Assembly (NCBI GenBank): GCA_000002435.2
Contig: CM018789.1
Strand: one strand, 5' to 3'
Origin: Giardia intestinalis
Lineage: Eukaryota
Length of the DNA: 64,000 bases
Shown one piece after another: positions 28,484-38,621 of the stretch. The notes below the pieces were generated by a model. That model had not been told where the DNA came from, did no database searches, and saw only the letters and a program-made list of their open reading frames with translations. Position numbers and translations under genes: made by a program. Numbering within the stretch: the first letter of the stretch is position 1; every line of letters begins with the position of its first letter.

Positions 28484-29116
28484 TTACGGATTATCCAGCA
28501 GGTCTAGGTATTGTTCTAGCTCTTGAGTAGACCGGATTTCCCGGGCTCGACGGTGACTCAGGGGCACATCACCATTCATCACTTCCAACCGCGTAGGGCC
28601 TGTTCGCATAATGTATGCCCTATTCATCCTTTCTACATATTTGTCTATTGCGTGCTGATTCTTCTCTGCCAACTCCCTAGCAGAGTATGTAGCCCGTTGT
28701 GCTTTTTTCTGTGGGGGGTTTTTGACGACTAGGACCTCATTCCTTGGCGCTTTTTCTGTACTTTTTTCACCAGAAACAGGGTGATCTAGCATGCTCTTGG
28801 ATAGAACTGAACTAGCAACGGATTCACGTATGCTATCTGTGCTGGTTTTGGTGGTCGGGTCCTTGCTCACAGTTCTCCCCAATAGAGATGGCTCTCTACT
28901 ACGATTGGTTGTAGAGATAGATGAAGATTCATCTCCAACCAAACAATCGTGAATTCCTTGGAGCACTGACAATAGATACTTGACACTAGTAAGGTTAGGA
29001 ACAGGAGTGCTTGAGCCATCCAACAAGGCACTGCAGATGTCTTCTATTTGTTCATCCGATGCACAGAGCGCGCGCTGATCAGATAGCGCACACAGAATAC
29101 GAAAGCAGGAGGCCAT
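28484..29116 (-). CDS. hypothetical protein (210 aa)
   Basis: The track start at 29128 is TTG; first ATG is 29116 (MASCFRILCALSD...). Only 4 bp separate its stop from the stop of the convergent SNF2 gene. Confidence 0.4.
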   Translation of the reverse strand: MASCFRILCALSDQRALCASDEQIEDICSALLDGSSTPVPNLTSVKYLLSVLQGIHDCLVGDESSSISTTNRSREPSLLGRTVSKDPTTKTSTDSIRESVASSVLSKSMLDHPVSGEKSTEKAPRNEVLVVKNPPQKKAQRATYSARELAEKNQHAIDKYVERMNRAYIMRTGPTRLEVMNGDVPLSHRRAREIRSTQELEQYLDLLDNP

Positions 29117-29128
29117 ACTAAAAAACAA
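29117..29128. promoter_or_regulatory. 12-bp A-rich intergenic (actaaaaaacaa) shared by divergent genes 28484..29116(-) and 29129..29728(+)
   Basis: The two divergent ATGs lie 12 bp apart. Short A/T initiators are the known Giardia promoter type. Confidence 0.45.
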
Positions 29129-29728
29129 ATGCAGACCTACTACTGCGCGGACATATCTCCTACCCTGGCCGAGCTTGCTCTGTCAGAGGCCAGACACTAC
29201 AGGGAGATAGGAAAAACCAAGACTGCATTGAGCCGTTATGACACTTACATCTGGTTGCAGCGTCGTTTTTTGAACCAGTCGACGGATGATCATGAACAGA
29301 AAGACATATCAAAGGCCATCCGACAAGCCAAGACTGAACGAGACGCCATTCGATCAAGGAGGGTTCCTGTGCACACAGGTCCTCTTCGCTCTTTCAAGTA
29401 TTGTAATTGGTCTCTTGAAGGAACCCACCGTCAACGGCTCTATACACCTGCAGCCACGGGTCTTTACATGACCATGCACCTGGTGGGCCCTACTAGCGTG
29501 GAGAAGAAGCGCTACCTTCAAGACTTTACTGACACACTTCCATGTCAACACCTTTACACGGCTCCAAGTTCTGCGTGGGGCGCACGTTCGCTATTTACTA
29601 GTAGTGGCTTGACAAGCTTGAAGCCCATGGACGCCGTTGTTGGCGGTCAATACAGGCCAGAGGTGGTTCACACAAGCCTGATAGAAAACGAAACTGGACT
29701 AAAGGATGCATGCCATTCCACCATTTGA
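29129..29728 (+). CDS. hypothetical protein (199 aa)
   Basis: ATG-initiated ORF. No recognised domain. Confidence 0.4.
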   Translation: MQTYYCADISPTLAELALSEARHYREIGKTKTALSRYDTYIWLQRRFLNQSTDDHEQKDISKAIRQAKTERDAIRSRRVPVHTGPLRSFKYCNWSLEGTHRQRLYTPAATGLYMTMHLVGPTSVEKKRYLQDFTDTLPCQHLYTAPSSAWGARSLFTSSGLTSLKPMDAVVGGQYRPEVVHTSLIENETGLKDACHSTI

Positions 29729-29818
29729 CCACTGAAAGATATACTCAGCTGCTCCAGAGTATAGTAAATTCTTTCCCACAGGCATTGTGGGAGCAGCCAA
29801 ACGTACCTGTCCCGATCT

Positions 29819-31885
29819 TCAATAGAACTGTAAAAACAGAGCCTTGAGGCTGCGCGCCTCTTCAGCGATCGTGGTGTGCTTTACAAATCCAATGTATGCC
29901 TGGGATCCTATAGTGGCCATCTCCTTTCCATAAACAATCACTTCATCCAAGAAGAAAATGACTCTGTCTATGAGGGCTTCGTCTGGAGGCCCGCCCATTG
30001 ACATCGCGGATGCCTCTGCCAGCGCTAGAAGAGGGCGCTTGCTGTATAGCCATGTGTCTGGACTCAAACGCTTGGACACGGGTTCGAGTCCCTTAATTAT
30101 TCTATTTATGCCGAAGTTTATGTTTCCACGGACGGTGTAGAGTGTCCCTATCACTAAGTTGATCACGCAAAGGTGTAAGGGTGGATGCACGTCCATCCCC
30201 TCTGTCTGCTCCAACCTCTCCTTCTCGGCGACGTCCACAATGTGCATTAACGTCTCTGCTTCTTTGTTTAAATTGATAAGAATAAGCCCCACGCATAGAT
30301 TAGCAAGTGCCACGGCTGAAATGGAAAGAATATCGGAGGGGGGTGTTGCATCGACGACAAGCTTGTATTCCTCTGTTGCCTTGCCATACTCTTCTGCAGC
30401 GAAGGAGATATGCGCTGTGTTGAGATAATAAGTGGGGTCCATATGTATTAGGTCTTCCTGTGCCTTTAATACTGAGCTTGCTGCCGTATAGCGGCCCATC
30501 TCATAGAGGATGCCACATTGCCAGCAGACCATTGGGACGAAAAGCCCAAACTTCTGATCAAATTGTTGAGTAAGAGTGTTGTACTGCATCTCTTCGGGAG
30601 ACATCTCTGTGAGGCGGGCACTTGTGAATCCACCCAGTGACAACTTGGCTTCTTTCTGGTCTGCATTACCTCTCAGCTCAATTATCTCATTCTTGATTCG
30701 CCGAATGGCCGCTGCATAGCGCGTTTTCAATGTGTCAAGCTTAATATAGCTCTCCTCAGGTGAGGTGGCACAACTCACTACAGCTTCAAAGAAGGAAAGC
30801 TTATCCGGGTCGAGTGATGAGACTGCAAGTTGTCTGTTGCCCGCGATGAGATCTGCAGCAAGGTCAAACAACCCATACTGTATGTAGATTGTAATAAGGT
30901 TAGAGAACGCCTCAACCGGAAAGGGCGGCTGGGTGATCAACCATTGAAGCTTCTCAGTGGTAGCATTGGGATCTTTCTCCATTTCTGCCAGAGCTCTATT
31001 GTGCAGTGTGACGGGGTCTAGATCCTCCAGATTGCGCGGAGGCATAGAGTCCAGTGCATTGAGATGTGCCTCTTTATCTCCAAGGATCCACGCTACTGCT
31101 GACTTGAGATTAAACGCCTCAATGAGGGATGATGCCAGGACCTCGTTGGGGCGTGCCTGATAGCTCATCATTGTGGCTCTTGCAACCTCGTCAGTGGCAG
31201 CAAACCGATTGGCTGCATCAGCAAGGTCGGGATATAACTTGGCGGATAAGCTTACTAGCTCATTTAGCGTACGAAGACAGAGGGGGAAGTTGTTTTCTCG
31301 ATAGCACGCAAGAGCCTTAGCAAAATATATTCTAGGGTCTGGTTTGATTGCAAGCGCTGCATTGTATTGCTCTATAGCCTCGGTATATTTCTCAGCCTTT
31401 AGCAGGGCGTTCCCTTTGAGGCAAAAAACACATGGGTCATCTGTTGGGCGCTTTGTGAGTGCGTCGATGAGGGTAGCCAGCCCGAGGCTATCGTCCAGCT
31501 CATGTTTTGCATACGCCTTGATGACCATGGCGTTGTGTGAGTCGTCCTTAATGGTTAAGGCCTCTTGAACCATCCCAGCTTTGAGGCGGGCATTAGCTAG
31601 AGCAAGCTGGTAGCGCTCAGATGTTGGATGGCGCTGGCAGAGCTCTTGGTAAAGGCTGACTGCATCTTCGTAGTTCCCAGCAGAATAGTTGCAGAAGGCC
31701 AGAAGCGACAGAGCTGCTCTATTGCCTGGGTGCTGGGCCAACTGGTCCTTCAGGATCTCAATTGCCTGATCCCACTCCTGGTCCCGGATGATAGAGTATA
31801 TGGTCGAGGTGAGCTTACCCTCTTGGATCAGCGGTGGCATTTTTTGGGTTGCCAACAGGAAATTTACTTTGTCCACGCGTGTCAT
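29819..31885 (-). CDS. TTC30: intraflagellar transport protein IFT70 (TTC30/DYF-1/Fleer), TPR protein
   Basis: The N-terminus IQEGKLTSTIYSIIRDQEWDQAIEILKDQLAQHPGNRAALSLLAFCNYSAGNYEDAVSLYQELCQRHPTSERYQLALANARLKA matches the conserved TTC30 N-terminus. TPR repeats throughout. 688 aa is the expected size. Confidence 0.7.
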   Translation of the reverse strand: MTRVDKVNFLLATQKMPPLIQEGKLTSTIYSIIRDQEWDQAIEILKDQLAQHPGNRAALSLLAFCNYSAGNYEDAVSLYQELCQRHPTSERYQLALANARLKAGMVQEALTIKDDSHNAMVIKAYAKHELDDSLGLATLIDALTKRPTDDPCVFCLKGNALLKAEKYTEAIEQYNAALAIKPDPRIYFAKALACYRENNFPLCLRTLNELVSLSAKLYPDLADAANRFAATDEVARATMMSYQARPNEVLASSLIEAFNLKSAVAWILGDKEAHLNALDSMPPRNLEDLDPVTLHNRALAEMEKDPNATTEKLQWLITQPPFPVEAFSNLITIYIQYGLFDLAADLIAGNRQLAVSSLDPDKLSFFEAVVSCATSPEESYIKLDTLKTRYAAAIRRIKNEIIELRGNADQKEAKLSLGGFTSARLTEMSPEEMQYNTLTQQFDQKFGLFVPMVCWQCGILYEMGRYTAASSVLKAQEDLIHMDPTYYLNTAHISFAAEEYGKATEEYKLVVDATPPSDILSISAVALANLCVGLILINLNKEAETLMHIVDVAEKERLEQTEGMDVHPPLHLCVINLVIGTLYTVRGNINFGINRIIKGLEPVSKRLSPDTWLYSKRPLLALAEASAMSMGGPPDEALIDRVIFFLDEVIVYGKEMATIGSQAYIGFVKHTTIAEEARSLKALFLQFY

Positions 31886-31903
31886 GGCCGCCAGTGCTGT
31901 CGG

Positions 31904-32485
31904 TTATAGGCCATTCATATACTCTCCAGTGAGTGGATTGTATCCATACCCTCCACGCTTGGCAAGTTCACGCTTACGCAACTCTGCCCTCTCACGGGCA
32001 CGCTCGTCTTCACGAGCCGCCTGTTCTCCGTCCGCTCCACTATTGTACTCATGGGTTAAGAGGTTAAAGTTTGCGCCACTTAGATTCTTGGTGTTGCCAC
32101 GCTCCCTTAAACGATTGAGATGATCTTGCTTTTCCTGCTCCTCCGCTTCTACCCGCTCAGCTATTCGCCGAGACCGTTCCATAGCAGCCTCGCCTCGAGC
32201 TCGTAAGTAGTTTTCACGGCGCAACCTTTCCTCCTCGCGCCTGTTCCGTTCGATATCTAAAATGTTATCAGCAAATCTGTGATGTTCATCAATGTATGCA
32301 GCAGAGTTTTGCGAGGCATGGTTGATGAATCCGGGATCCTCGTATTGGCAGTAATCCTCACGTCTCTGTGCAAGCCGCAACTTTTCCATATAATCTCTGT
32401 CTTGGAGAGCGCGACGCTCCTCCCTGGTCATTGGCTTTATCCGCTGTCCAATAACTATGTCTTCGTCAACGATGCGACGGCTCAT
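31904..32485 (-). CDS. hypothetical charged (R/E-rich) protein, 193 aa
   Basis: The track start (32584, GTG) overlaps the upstream gene's 3' end. First ATG is 32485, preceded on the minus strand by attttaaaaatttacc. R/E-rich helical composition. Confidence 0.4.
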   Translation of the reverse strand: MSRRIVDEDIVIGQRIKPMTREERRALQDRDYMEKLRLAQRREDYCQYEDPGFINHASQNSAAYIDEHHRFADNILDIERNRREEERLRRENYLRARGEAAMERSRRIAERVEAEEQEKQDHLNRLRERGNTKNLSGANFNLLTHEYNSGADGEQAAREDERARERAELRKRELAKRGGYGYNPLTGEYMNGL

Positions 32486-32525
32486 TTGAAGATTGCCCGG
32501 TAAATTTTTAAAATTTGGATTTTTA

Positions 32526-34469
32526 TTATAGGCCTGTTTCGGTGTCCCGGTAGGCGTCGCGTAGGATATCTTGTAACTTGACACTCATCTCTGAGAGGCT
32601 TTCCAAGACACTTATGTTACTAGGTAAATCTGAGAGACGATCCATGTTAACTCTACCGGTGGCGTCCTCTTCGAACAGCCGCTGCATTCTCCTAGGGCTG
32701 TGCTTGGAGTTCTTGTCTAAGCGCGTAGGTGATCCCTTAAAGGAGGCGTGCGATGCACGAGGAGAGGAAGGTGTCGCCTCCTTTGTCTCTGCAACCAATT
32801 TCTCTTTAAAATCTAAACAGGTGTACTTCTTCAATCTTTCATTGAGTATATTGTTCTTCAGATTAAGTGATTGATTCTGCTCCTTTAGTGTTGCGATCAT
32901 GTTTGCTGCCAGTTTCATGTGCACTTGCATCTTGCGAAGGAGTTCAATAGAGTCCGGCTCAACAGACTCACCGTCCAGCATGAGCGCAATTTTCTTTTTG
33001 AGTCTATCATTCTCAACCTCTATTTCTGCTAGTTTTGTTTGCAACAGTGCAATAGTTTCCTTGTCAGCAGTTATTCGCTTGTTCTTTTCCAGAACGCGGT
33101 CATGGTCCTGCTGCAGCTCCTCCAGTTTGAGACTTATCTCCTCAAGTTTTGCCTTATAGCTATTGTTCTCAAGCTCTAGTGTCCGTGAGCACTCTGCAGC
33201 ACGTCTCATTTGCTCCTTCATATCTTTAATCACGTCTTCGTACCTTTGCAATGATGCAGCTTTGGCATCGTCCAGAAGAGGGTTTGGCTTGGCTCGTTCC
33301 AGGTCTGCATTGAGGCCCTTTAACCTGGTGGCCTCCTGGTCAGCGATTTGAAGGGCAATGGTGAGCTTGGACAGGGTTGCATTCAGATTTGAAATTTCTA
33401 CTACCTTTGCAGCAAGGTCATCTTTTACAATCTGCAGCTCTTTCTCTGCATCTAAGGCACGTTTTCGCAATGACCCCTCCACGTCTGTCTGCTGGGCTTG
33501 AAGTTCAGATTGGAGTGAGGCAGTTCTTCTCTTTTCTGCGATAATTGCGCTCTTTAATACAGATATGTCTCCTAGTAACTCTTCTATTTTCGCTTTATAT
33601 TCTACTGAAGCCCGAGAGAGCTCGTCAACCTTCTTTTCTGCCTTTTTCCGTAGCTCTTCTGCTTTCTCCAAGTCTGCACGTGCAGACTCCTTAGTATTGC
33701 ATAGCTTCAGACGAAGCTCTTCCACGTCGTGTTTGTACTTTGCAACGGATCTCTCTAGATCCTCTTCCTTGAGCTGGAGTTCACGCTGGAGAGTTGTTAT
33801 TTTGTGCTGCATGTCACTTTTGGTGGTTCTTTGCCGTTCAGCTGACAGGGACTGCGCATTCTCAAGCTCCTTGCGCAGTGAATCTCGTTCTATCTGCAGG
33901 GAAGCAACCTCTTGCTGCAACTTGACCAAAGTCTCATGGAGGCTTAAAGCATCAAGCCGAGCTTTCTCTGCTTCTTCTTTACTGTCCCTGCTTTCTTTGG
34001 CTGCATTCTCTGCTTTTTCTTCCATCATCTTGTGTTGCATCTCATATCTTTCTATTATTATTTGATTGGCTGTCGCCTTTTTAGTTGCCTCGGACTCTTG
34101 TGTCCTAATTGCCTGTAGCTGTATGGTAGTGTCAGACAGTTTCTGAGACAGGTCTGCTATTTCTAACCGCGCCTTATGGAGTTCTGTCTTTAGGCTTTTG
34201 TTCTCTGTGACAGTTATGTCATAGTGCAAGAGCTTCTGGTCCAAGATAGCTAGCTGATTTATCGCTGTTCCGGCTCGCTCCTTTTCCTTCTTCAAGTCGT
34301 TTGAGAGCGTATTTAGCTCCGCCTCAAGAATGTCGATTGTCTTGTCGCGTTCCAACAGAAGCGCGTAGTTATAATTAAAATCATCTGTCAGCTTCTTATT
34401 AGCTTGACGCTCTGCATTCAGCTGGGCCTCTATGTCACGGGCAAGGTTGAGGAGCAGGCCTTGATCCAT
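32526..34469 (-). CDS. coiled-coil protein (647 aa)
   Basis: ATG 34469. Almost entirely heptad-like E/K/L/Q-rich sequence. Confidence 0.55.
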   Translation of the reverse strand: MDQGLLLNLARDIEAQLNAERQANKKLTDDFNYNYALLLERDKTIDILEAELNTLSNDLKKEKERAGTAINQLAILDQKLLHYDITVTENKSLKTELHKARLEIADLSQKLSDTTIQLQAIRTQESEATKKATANQIIIERYEMQHKMMEEKAENAAKESRDSKEEAEKARLDALSLHETLVKLQQEVASLQIERDSLRKELENAQSLSAERQRTTKSDMQHKITTLQRELQLKEEDLERSVAKYKHDVEELRLKLCNTKESARADLEKAEELRKKAEKKVDELSRASVEYKAKIEELLGDISVLKSAIIAEKRRTASLQSELQAQQTDVEGSLRKRALDAEKELQIVKDDLAAKVVEISNLNATLSKLTIALQIADQEATRLKGLNADLERAKPNPLLDDAKAASLQRYEDVIKDMKEQMRRAAECSRTLELENNSYKAKLEEISLKLEELQQDHDRVLEKNKRITADKETIALLQTKLAEIEVENDRLKKKIALMLDGESVEPDSIELLRKMQVHMKLAANMIATLKEQNQSLNLKNNILNERLKKYTCLDFKEKLVAETKEATPSSPRASHASFKGSPTRLDKNSKHSPRRMQRLFEEDATGRVNMDRLSDLPSNISVLESLSEMSVKLQDILRDAYRDTETGL

Positions 34470-34522
34470 AAAGTGTAAAATTTAATCCTGGTTCACCCTG
34501 CTCTTTACAATCGGATATAGCC

Positions 34523-37500
34523 ATGTTTTTTCTTCGTGGAGAGCGATCTGCATGGCTGAAACCCGCAGCACTGCCGCGATACCTTCAGTATATGCCCGAC
34601 GGGTGGGTTGACGTGACAGACACGAAGCACACAGAGTTATCGGTATTCACCCCATCTACTGTCTTCTACATCCCACAATTCGTGCAATCTGACGGTGCCG
34701 CGCCTTCTGCTATTGCATATGATTATAATACATCTATGCTTTACCGATTTTCGGACCTAAGTCACATGGAATCGAGTCCACTTGGGTTGGACTCTGCGGA
34801 GAAGGCCGCCTGCTGTGTCTTTCGCGGAAATGAGTATCTGGTACTCCTTATAAAGAGTACGGCAAAGCTGTATGCACTTGCACCTGGCCAGCCCCCGCGC
34901 TACTTGGACAAAGCAACCATCTATGAACGCATCGAATACATATATCTTGTATCATGTGATTCGAATCTATATTTAGTTAGCCAATCCGACAAGTCTATTA
35001 AGCTTCGCGGCCTGACTCCTGCAGACCCGTCAAGCCCAAACTTACACCTGAGAAATATATCTGTTTTGCTTCAGCCGATTGAGTCTCAGCGAGAGTCAGT
35101 GACCGGTCTCAAAGCAGGGGTTGGGCTATCTTCTGCCTTAAGAGTGTCTAAACTGCACTATGCTTTTCCCTTCCTACACAGGTACATTGCCATTTTGTAC
35201 ACTCCTTCTTTAGACCTTACTGACTCATTAGATCCTAAGAAGGTAGCGATGCTTCCCGTCCGGATATTGTTGATAGATCCCGTGCTCATGTCCGCAGACC
35301 ACGTTGCCCACGAAGAGCCTGTTTCTAGACTGGATATGATGATTCATAAGATTCTTTCCTTTCAGCTTTACCTCCTGGCGAGGATAGGACCTGATGACTT
35401 AAAGCAGCGAGCTCATAGACTAAGTGCAACTGTGCGAAGGTATAACGACTTTATCGAAACAGGGCGTATAACTCTTCCAGATGCTATTCACGTCTGCTTT
35501 GATATCTCGAAAGATAAGCAATCTAGGGATGATCTAAATCTGGGGGTTTCTTCCATCGTGGATCCCCAGCTCACCCGCCACACACCCCCGACAGATCCCA
35601 TAGCAGAAACACCGGTCATAGGGGATGAATCCAGCTTATTTGGCTCCGCTCGCAAAAGCGTTCAGCAATCTATACGCAGCCTTCCCGATGAAGAGCACTC
35701 CAGCCCTACTAAGGACTGGATTAACCCAGGCGAGACACTAAGGAATACTCTTCTCAAAGAAGGGGGATCGCGGGCCTTCAGTCCTGCAATGGAATGTCCT
35801 CCTGCGCTTATTGACACATCTAGTAGAGAAGCTCATGCAGCAGGTGAGAGGCTACACTCGCTGGACTCAACTATGCAGCTCACAGACATACAGATGCAGT
35901 CTAAGGTCACGCACGGGACGTCCAAGCTCTCTCAAGATGTGTATAAGCCTTCTACATCCACTGTGTCTGTGCACACGCTTCAAGCTCCTGAAGGTTCTGA
36001 CTCTGGTGCTATGATGGCTCTAATCACAAATCTCTCTGGTCTGGTCGAGGCTCAGCAAGAGAAGAGCCGTGCAATGGATGCTCGAATATCTGAGCTATCT
36101 ACCGCGCTCTCCTCGGCCACAGAGACTATAAAGCGCCTCGACCTAGAAAACGGTGAGCTCAGGGAGCGGGTCGTGTACCTGGAGGAGGTTCATAACTCTA
36201 ATATGAAAGGACCCCGAGCCTTGACATATAATGATCTGGGCCAGCTAAAGGAAGAAGTATCCATCTATGCAATGACAGACATTATCTCTACGTTCGATCG
36301 GCTGGCGGACAAAGTTGACTCGGATACAAACAATCTCAAAACAAAATTGTTCACAATGATTGACAAAGAGATAGGTGCTAAAGTTGAGTCATCACTTCGT
36401 CAAACTCTTGAATCTTTAGAAATGAAGCTCAGACAACAGCTCGATAAGGATTTAGAAGCCCTTACGTCTGGCTTAAGTTCCTCCATAGAAACGCTTAAGT
36501 TGGAAGTCGTCTCCAAAGAGACCATATCAAAATTGCTTAGCTCAGTCGTTGAGACAAACGAGGAGAGACTGTCCAGTGTGGTTAATGAGCTCTCCATTAG
36601 TCAAGAGAGATCTATTGAAGACACAACTATTCAATTGGGAAAGCTAGCTAATGAGATTGCAATTGAAAACGCAAGAACAACCTCTCTCGAAACCAATATT
36701 GAGAAGGTGTGGGCGTCCATGCATGCTCTCGAGAGGGAATGTGCTGCATCGCTGCCACTCCATTTAGAGAGTCACTTTCGGAGTTTTATGAACACTATGT
36801 TAACCACTGAGACCACACCAGTATTTAGGGCCTTTTTCAATCGTAGCCTTGAAGAGTACATGACATCTGCAGGAAGCTTAACTAACAATCCACACATTAA
36901 AAATATAGAAAAGCGGCTGGAGGAGGAAGCTCGTAGCATGCGTTCTGAGTTCAGGAGCGAGATCAATGAGCTTGCAACGAGCCTCAAAAGAATCAATCTA
37001 GAAGCGGCGTTACCTCATTCTTCTCTCACTGATGCCACACTCAAAAGGCTTGCAGAGCAGATAGAGGCCCAAAATGAATCCATACTGAGCTTGCAGATAC
37101 AGGTTGGCGCCGCAGCAACAAATGCTGCAGCGGCAACCACAGCGTCATCTCTTGTAGATAGCAAGACAGCAATCTTCAAGTATATTATTCAAAGGCTAAA
37201 CACAGACTACCTTCCTACCTTTGCTGCTGATGTAACAGCAATTGTTATTCAACGCGTCAAGGATGACCTGGAGTCAGATAGGGCCACGGCGGATAACCGC
37301 GCACTTATAGAGGAAGTCGTTACTAGCAGCAGAATAATCAACCAAATAGAGACACTGTCAACTAGAACGTATGTTAACTTGCTGGATAAGATACCTGGAA
37401 TTGTGGACCAGGAACTAAAGGAAAAGATGCCTCACCAAATAAACGAGCAGATCGCTAAGCATCTCGCAGAAGAGATATACTCTCTGAAAAATATTTCGTT

Positions 37501-38608
37501 CCTTGACACTCTGTATGCACGAATCGCTGAAATGATGGCCAAGGAGGGCAAGATGCAAGAGAGTATTGTGTCCTCTGTAACTATGAATATTCTACAGGAG
37601 CTGTCTCGCATTTCAAACATTGACTCTCCTCTATCTCCGCTGGCCCAGTTTAAGACCGGTTTGGTTTCCCAGATGGGCAACATGATAAAGGAATATATGA
37701 GAGAGTATGCTTCCAATCACTTAAAGCCATCGCTCGTTACACAAATGGAGTCTATGGTTATGACTTTGGGTGGCACGCAGCGCATGTCCAGCACCCTGGG
37801 CGGGGTAGAAGAGGCCACGCGGACATTCGCACATCAAGATTCCCATGCAATTGAAGGAGGCGCAATTCTATCGAGGCTAAAAAGCCTTGAGAAAAGGGTT
37901 GACCTTGCTATGACTAGCTCACACGATTCCAGTCGTGAGGGAGGTACTTCTGCTGAGATCATTGACGAGTTTTCCAAGGTCTACCTGGCAATGGAAAAGC
38001 AAAGGAAGGATATCAAAGCGGTTCAATTGATGGCTAAGGCATCCCAGGATAAGTGTGACGAATTAAACGTCCATGTAGAAAAGCTGGAAAATAAAACAGA
38101 TAAGTTGCACCACCTTCTATTCAACCCAAAATCGGTGAAGGGGAGTAATATAGAGATGATATTAGCCAGAGTTGACAACGTCATGCTAAAGCAAACAAAG
38201 CTCGAGGGTGAAGTAAGAAGCGATGTCAAGGAGCTTAAGGAGTCGATCGTCTACATGGACAGATACGTTGACAAGCTACGAGTGAAGTTTGATGCCACTG
38301 ATAAGAGTTCTAGTGATGGATTGGAGCTGCACTCGGCAGGTCATGTTTCTGAGCACGGAGGAGTAGATAGCCTGACTGTTTCACAGCTCCGAGGGTCACG
38401 GCATGGGATAGGAAGCCAGCATGGCATTATGACAACCCCGCTCGTCGACCGCTTGTGTCTCTTTATGTATGGAATTGCACGTGTATTGCAGATAAAGATG
38501 GGAGGTAGATACTATGGGAAAGCAATCCTTGAATGTGATAAGCAAGATATCCGTGAGGTGATTAACATCTTGGAGCGCACGGTAATAGACTACGTAAACT
38601 TTGAATAG
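34523..38608 (+). CDS. large coiled-coil protein (1361 aa)
   Basis: ATG 34523. Long ORF with extensive coiled-coil-like segments. No catalytic motifs seen. Confidence 0.55.
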   Translation: MFFLRGERSAWLKPAALPRYLQYMPDGWVDVTDTKHTELSVFTPSTVFYIPQFVQSDGAAPSAIAYDYNTSMLYRFSDLSHMESSPLGLDSAEKAACCVFRGNEYLVLLIKSTAKLYALAPGQPPRYLDKATIYERIEYIYLVSCDSNLYLVSQSDKSIKLRGLTPADPSSPNLHLRNISVLLQPIESQRESVTGLKAGVGLSSALRVSKLHYAFPFLHRYIAILYTPSLDLTDSLDPKKVAMLPVRILLIDPVLMSADHVAHEEPVSRLDMMIHKILSFQLYLLARIGPDDLKQRAHRLSATVRRYNDFIETGRITLPDAIHVCFDISKDKQSRDDLNLGVSSIVDPQLTRHTPPTDPIAETPVIGDESSLFGSARKSVQQSIRSLPDEEHSSPTKDWINPGETLRNTLLKEGGSRAFSPAMECPPALIDTSSREAHAAGERLHSLDSTMQLTDIQMQSKVTHGTSKLSQDVYKPSTSTVSVHTLQAPEGSDSGAMMALITNLSGLVEAQQEKSRAMDARISELSTALSSATETIKRLDLENGELRERVVYLEEVHNSNMKGPRALTYNDLGQLKEEVSIYAMTDIISTFDRLADKVDSDTNNLKTKLFTMIDKEIGAKVESSLRQTLESLEMKLRQQLDKDLEALTSGLSSSIETLKLEVVSKETISKLLSSVVETNEERLSSVVNELSISQERSIEDTTIQLGKLANEIAIENARTTSLETNIEKVWASMHALERECAASLPLHLESHFRSFMNTMLTTETTPVFRAFFNRSLEEYMTSAGSLTNNPHIKNIEKRLEEEARSMRSEFRSEINELATSLKRINLEAALPHSSLTDATLKRLAEQIEAQNESILSLQIQVGAAATNAAAATTASSLVDSKTAIFKYIIQRLNTDYLPTFAADVTAIVIQRVKDDLESDRATADNRALIEEVVTSSRIINQIETLSTRTYVNLLDKIPGIVDQELKEKMPHQINEQIAKHLAEEIYSLKNISFLDTLYARIAEMMAKEGKMQESIVSSVTMNILQELSRISNIDSPLSPLAQFKTGLVSQMGNMIKEYMREYASNHLKPSLVTQMESMVMTLGGTQRMSSTLGGVEEATRTFAHQDSHAIEGGAILSRLKSLEKRVDLAMTSSHDSSREGGTSAEIIDEFSKVYLAMEKQRKDIKAVQLMAKASQDKCDELNVHVEKLENKTDKLHHLLFNPKSVKGSNIEMILARVDNVMLKQTKLEGEVRSDVKELKESIVYMDRYVDKLRVKFDATDKSSSDGLELHSAGHVSEHGGVDSLTVSQLRGSRHGIGSQHGIMTTPLVDRLCLFMYGIARVLQIKMGGRYYGKAILECDKQDIREVINILERTVIDYVNFE

Positions 38609-38621
38609 GTGCTACTTCCAA

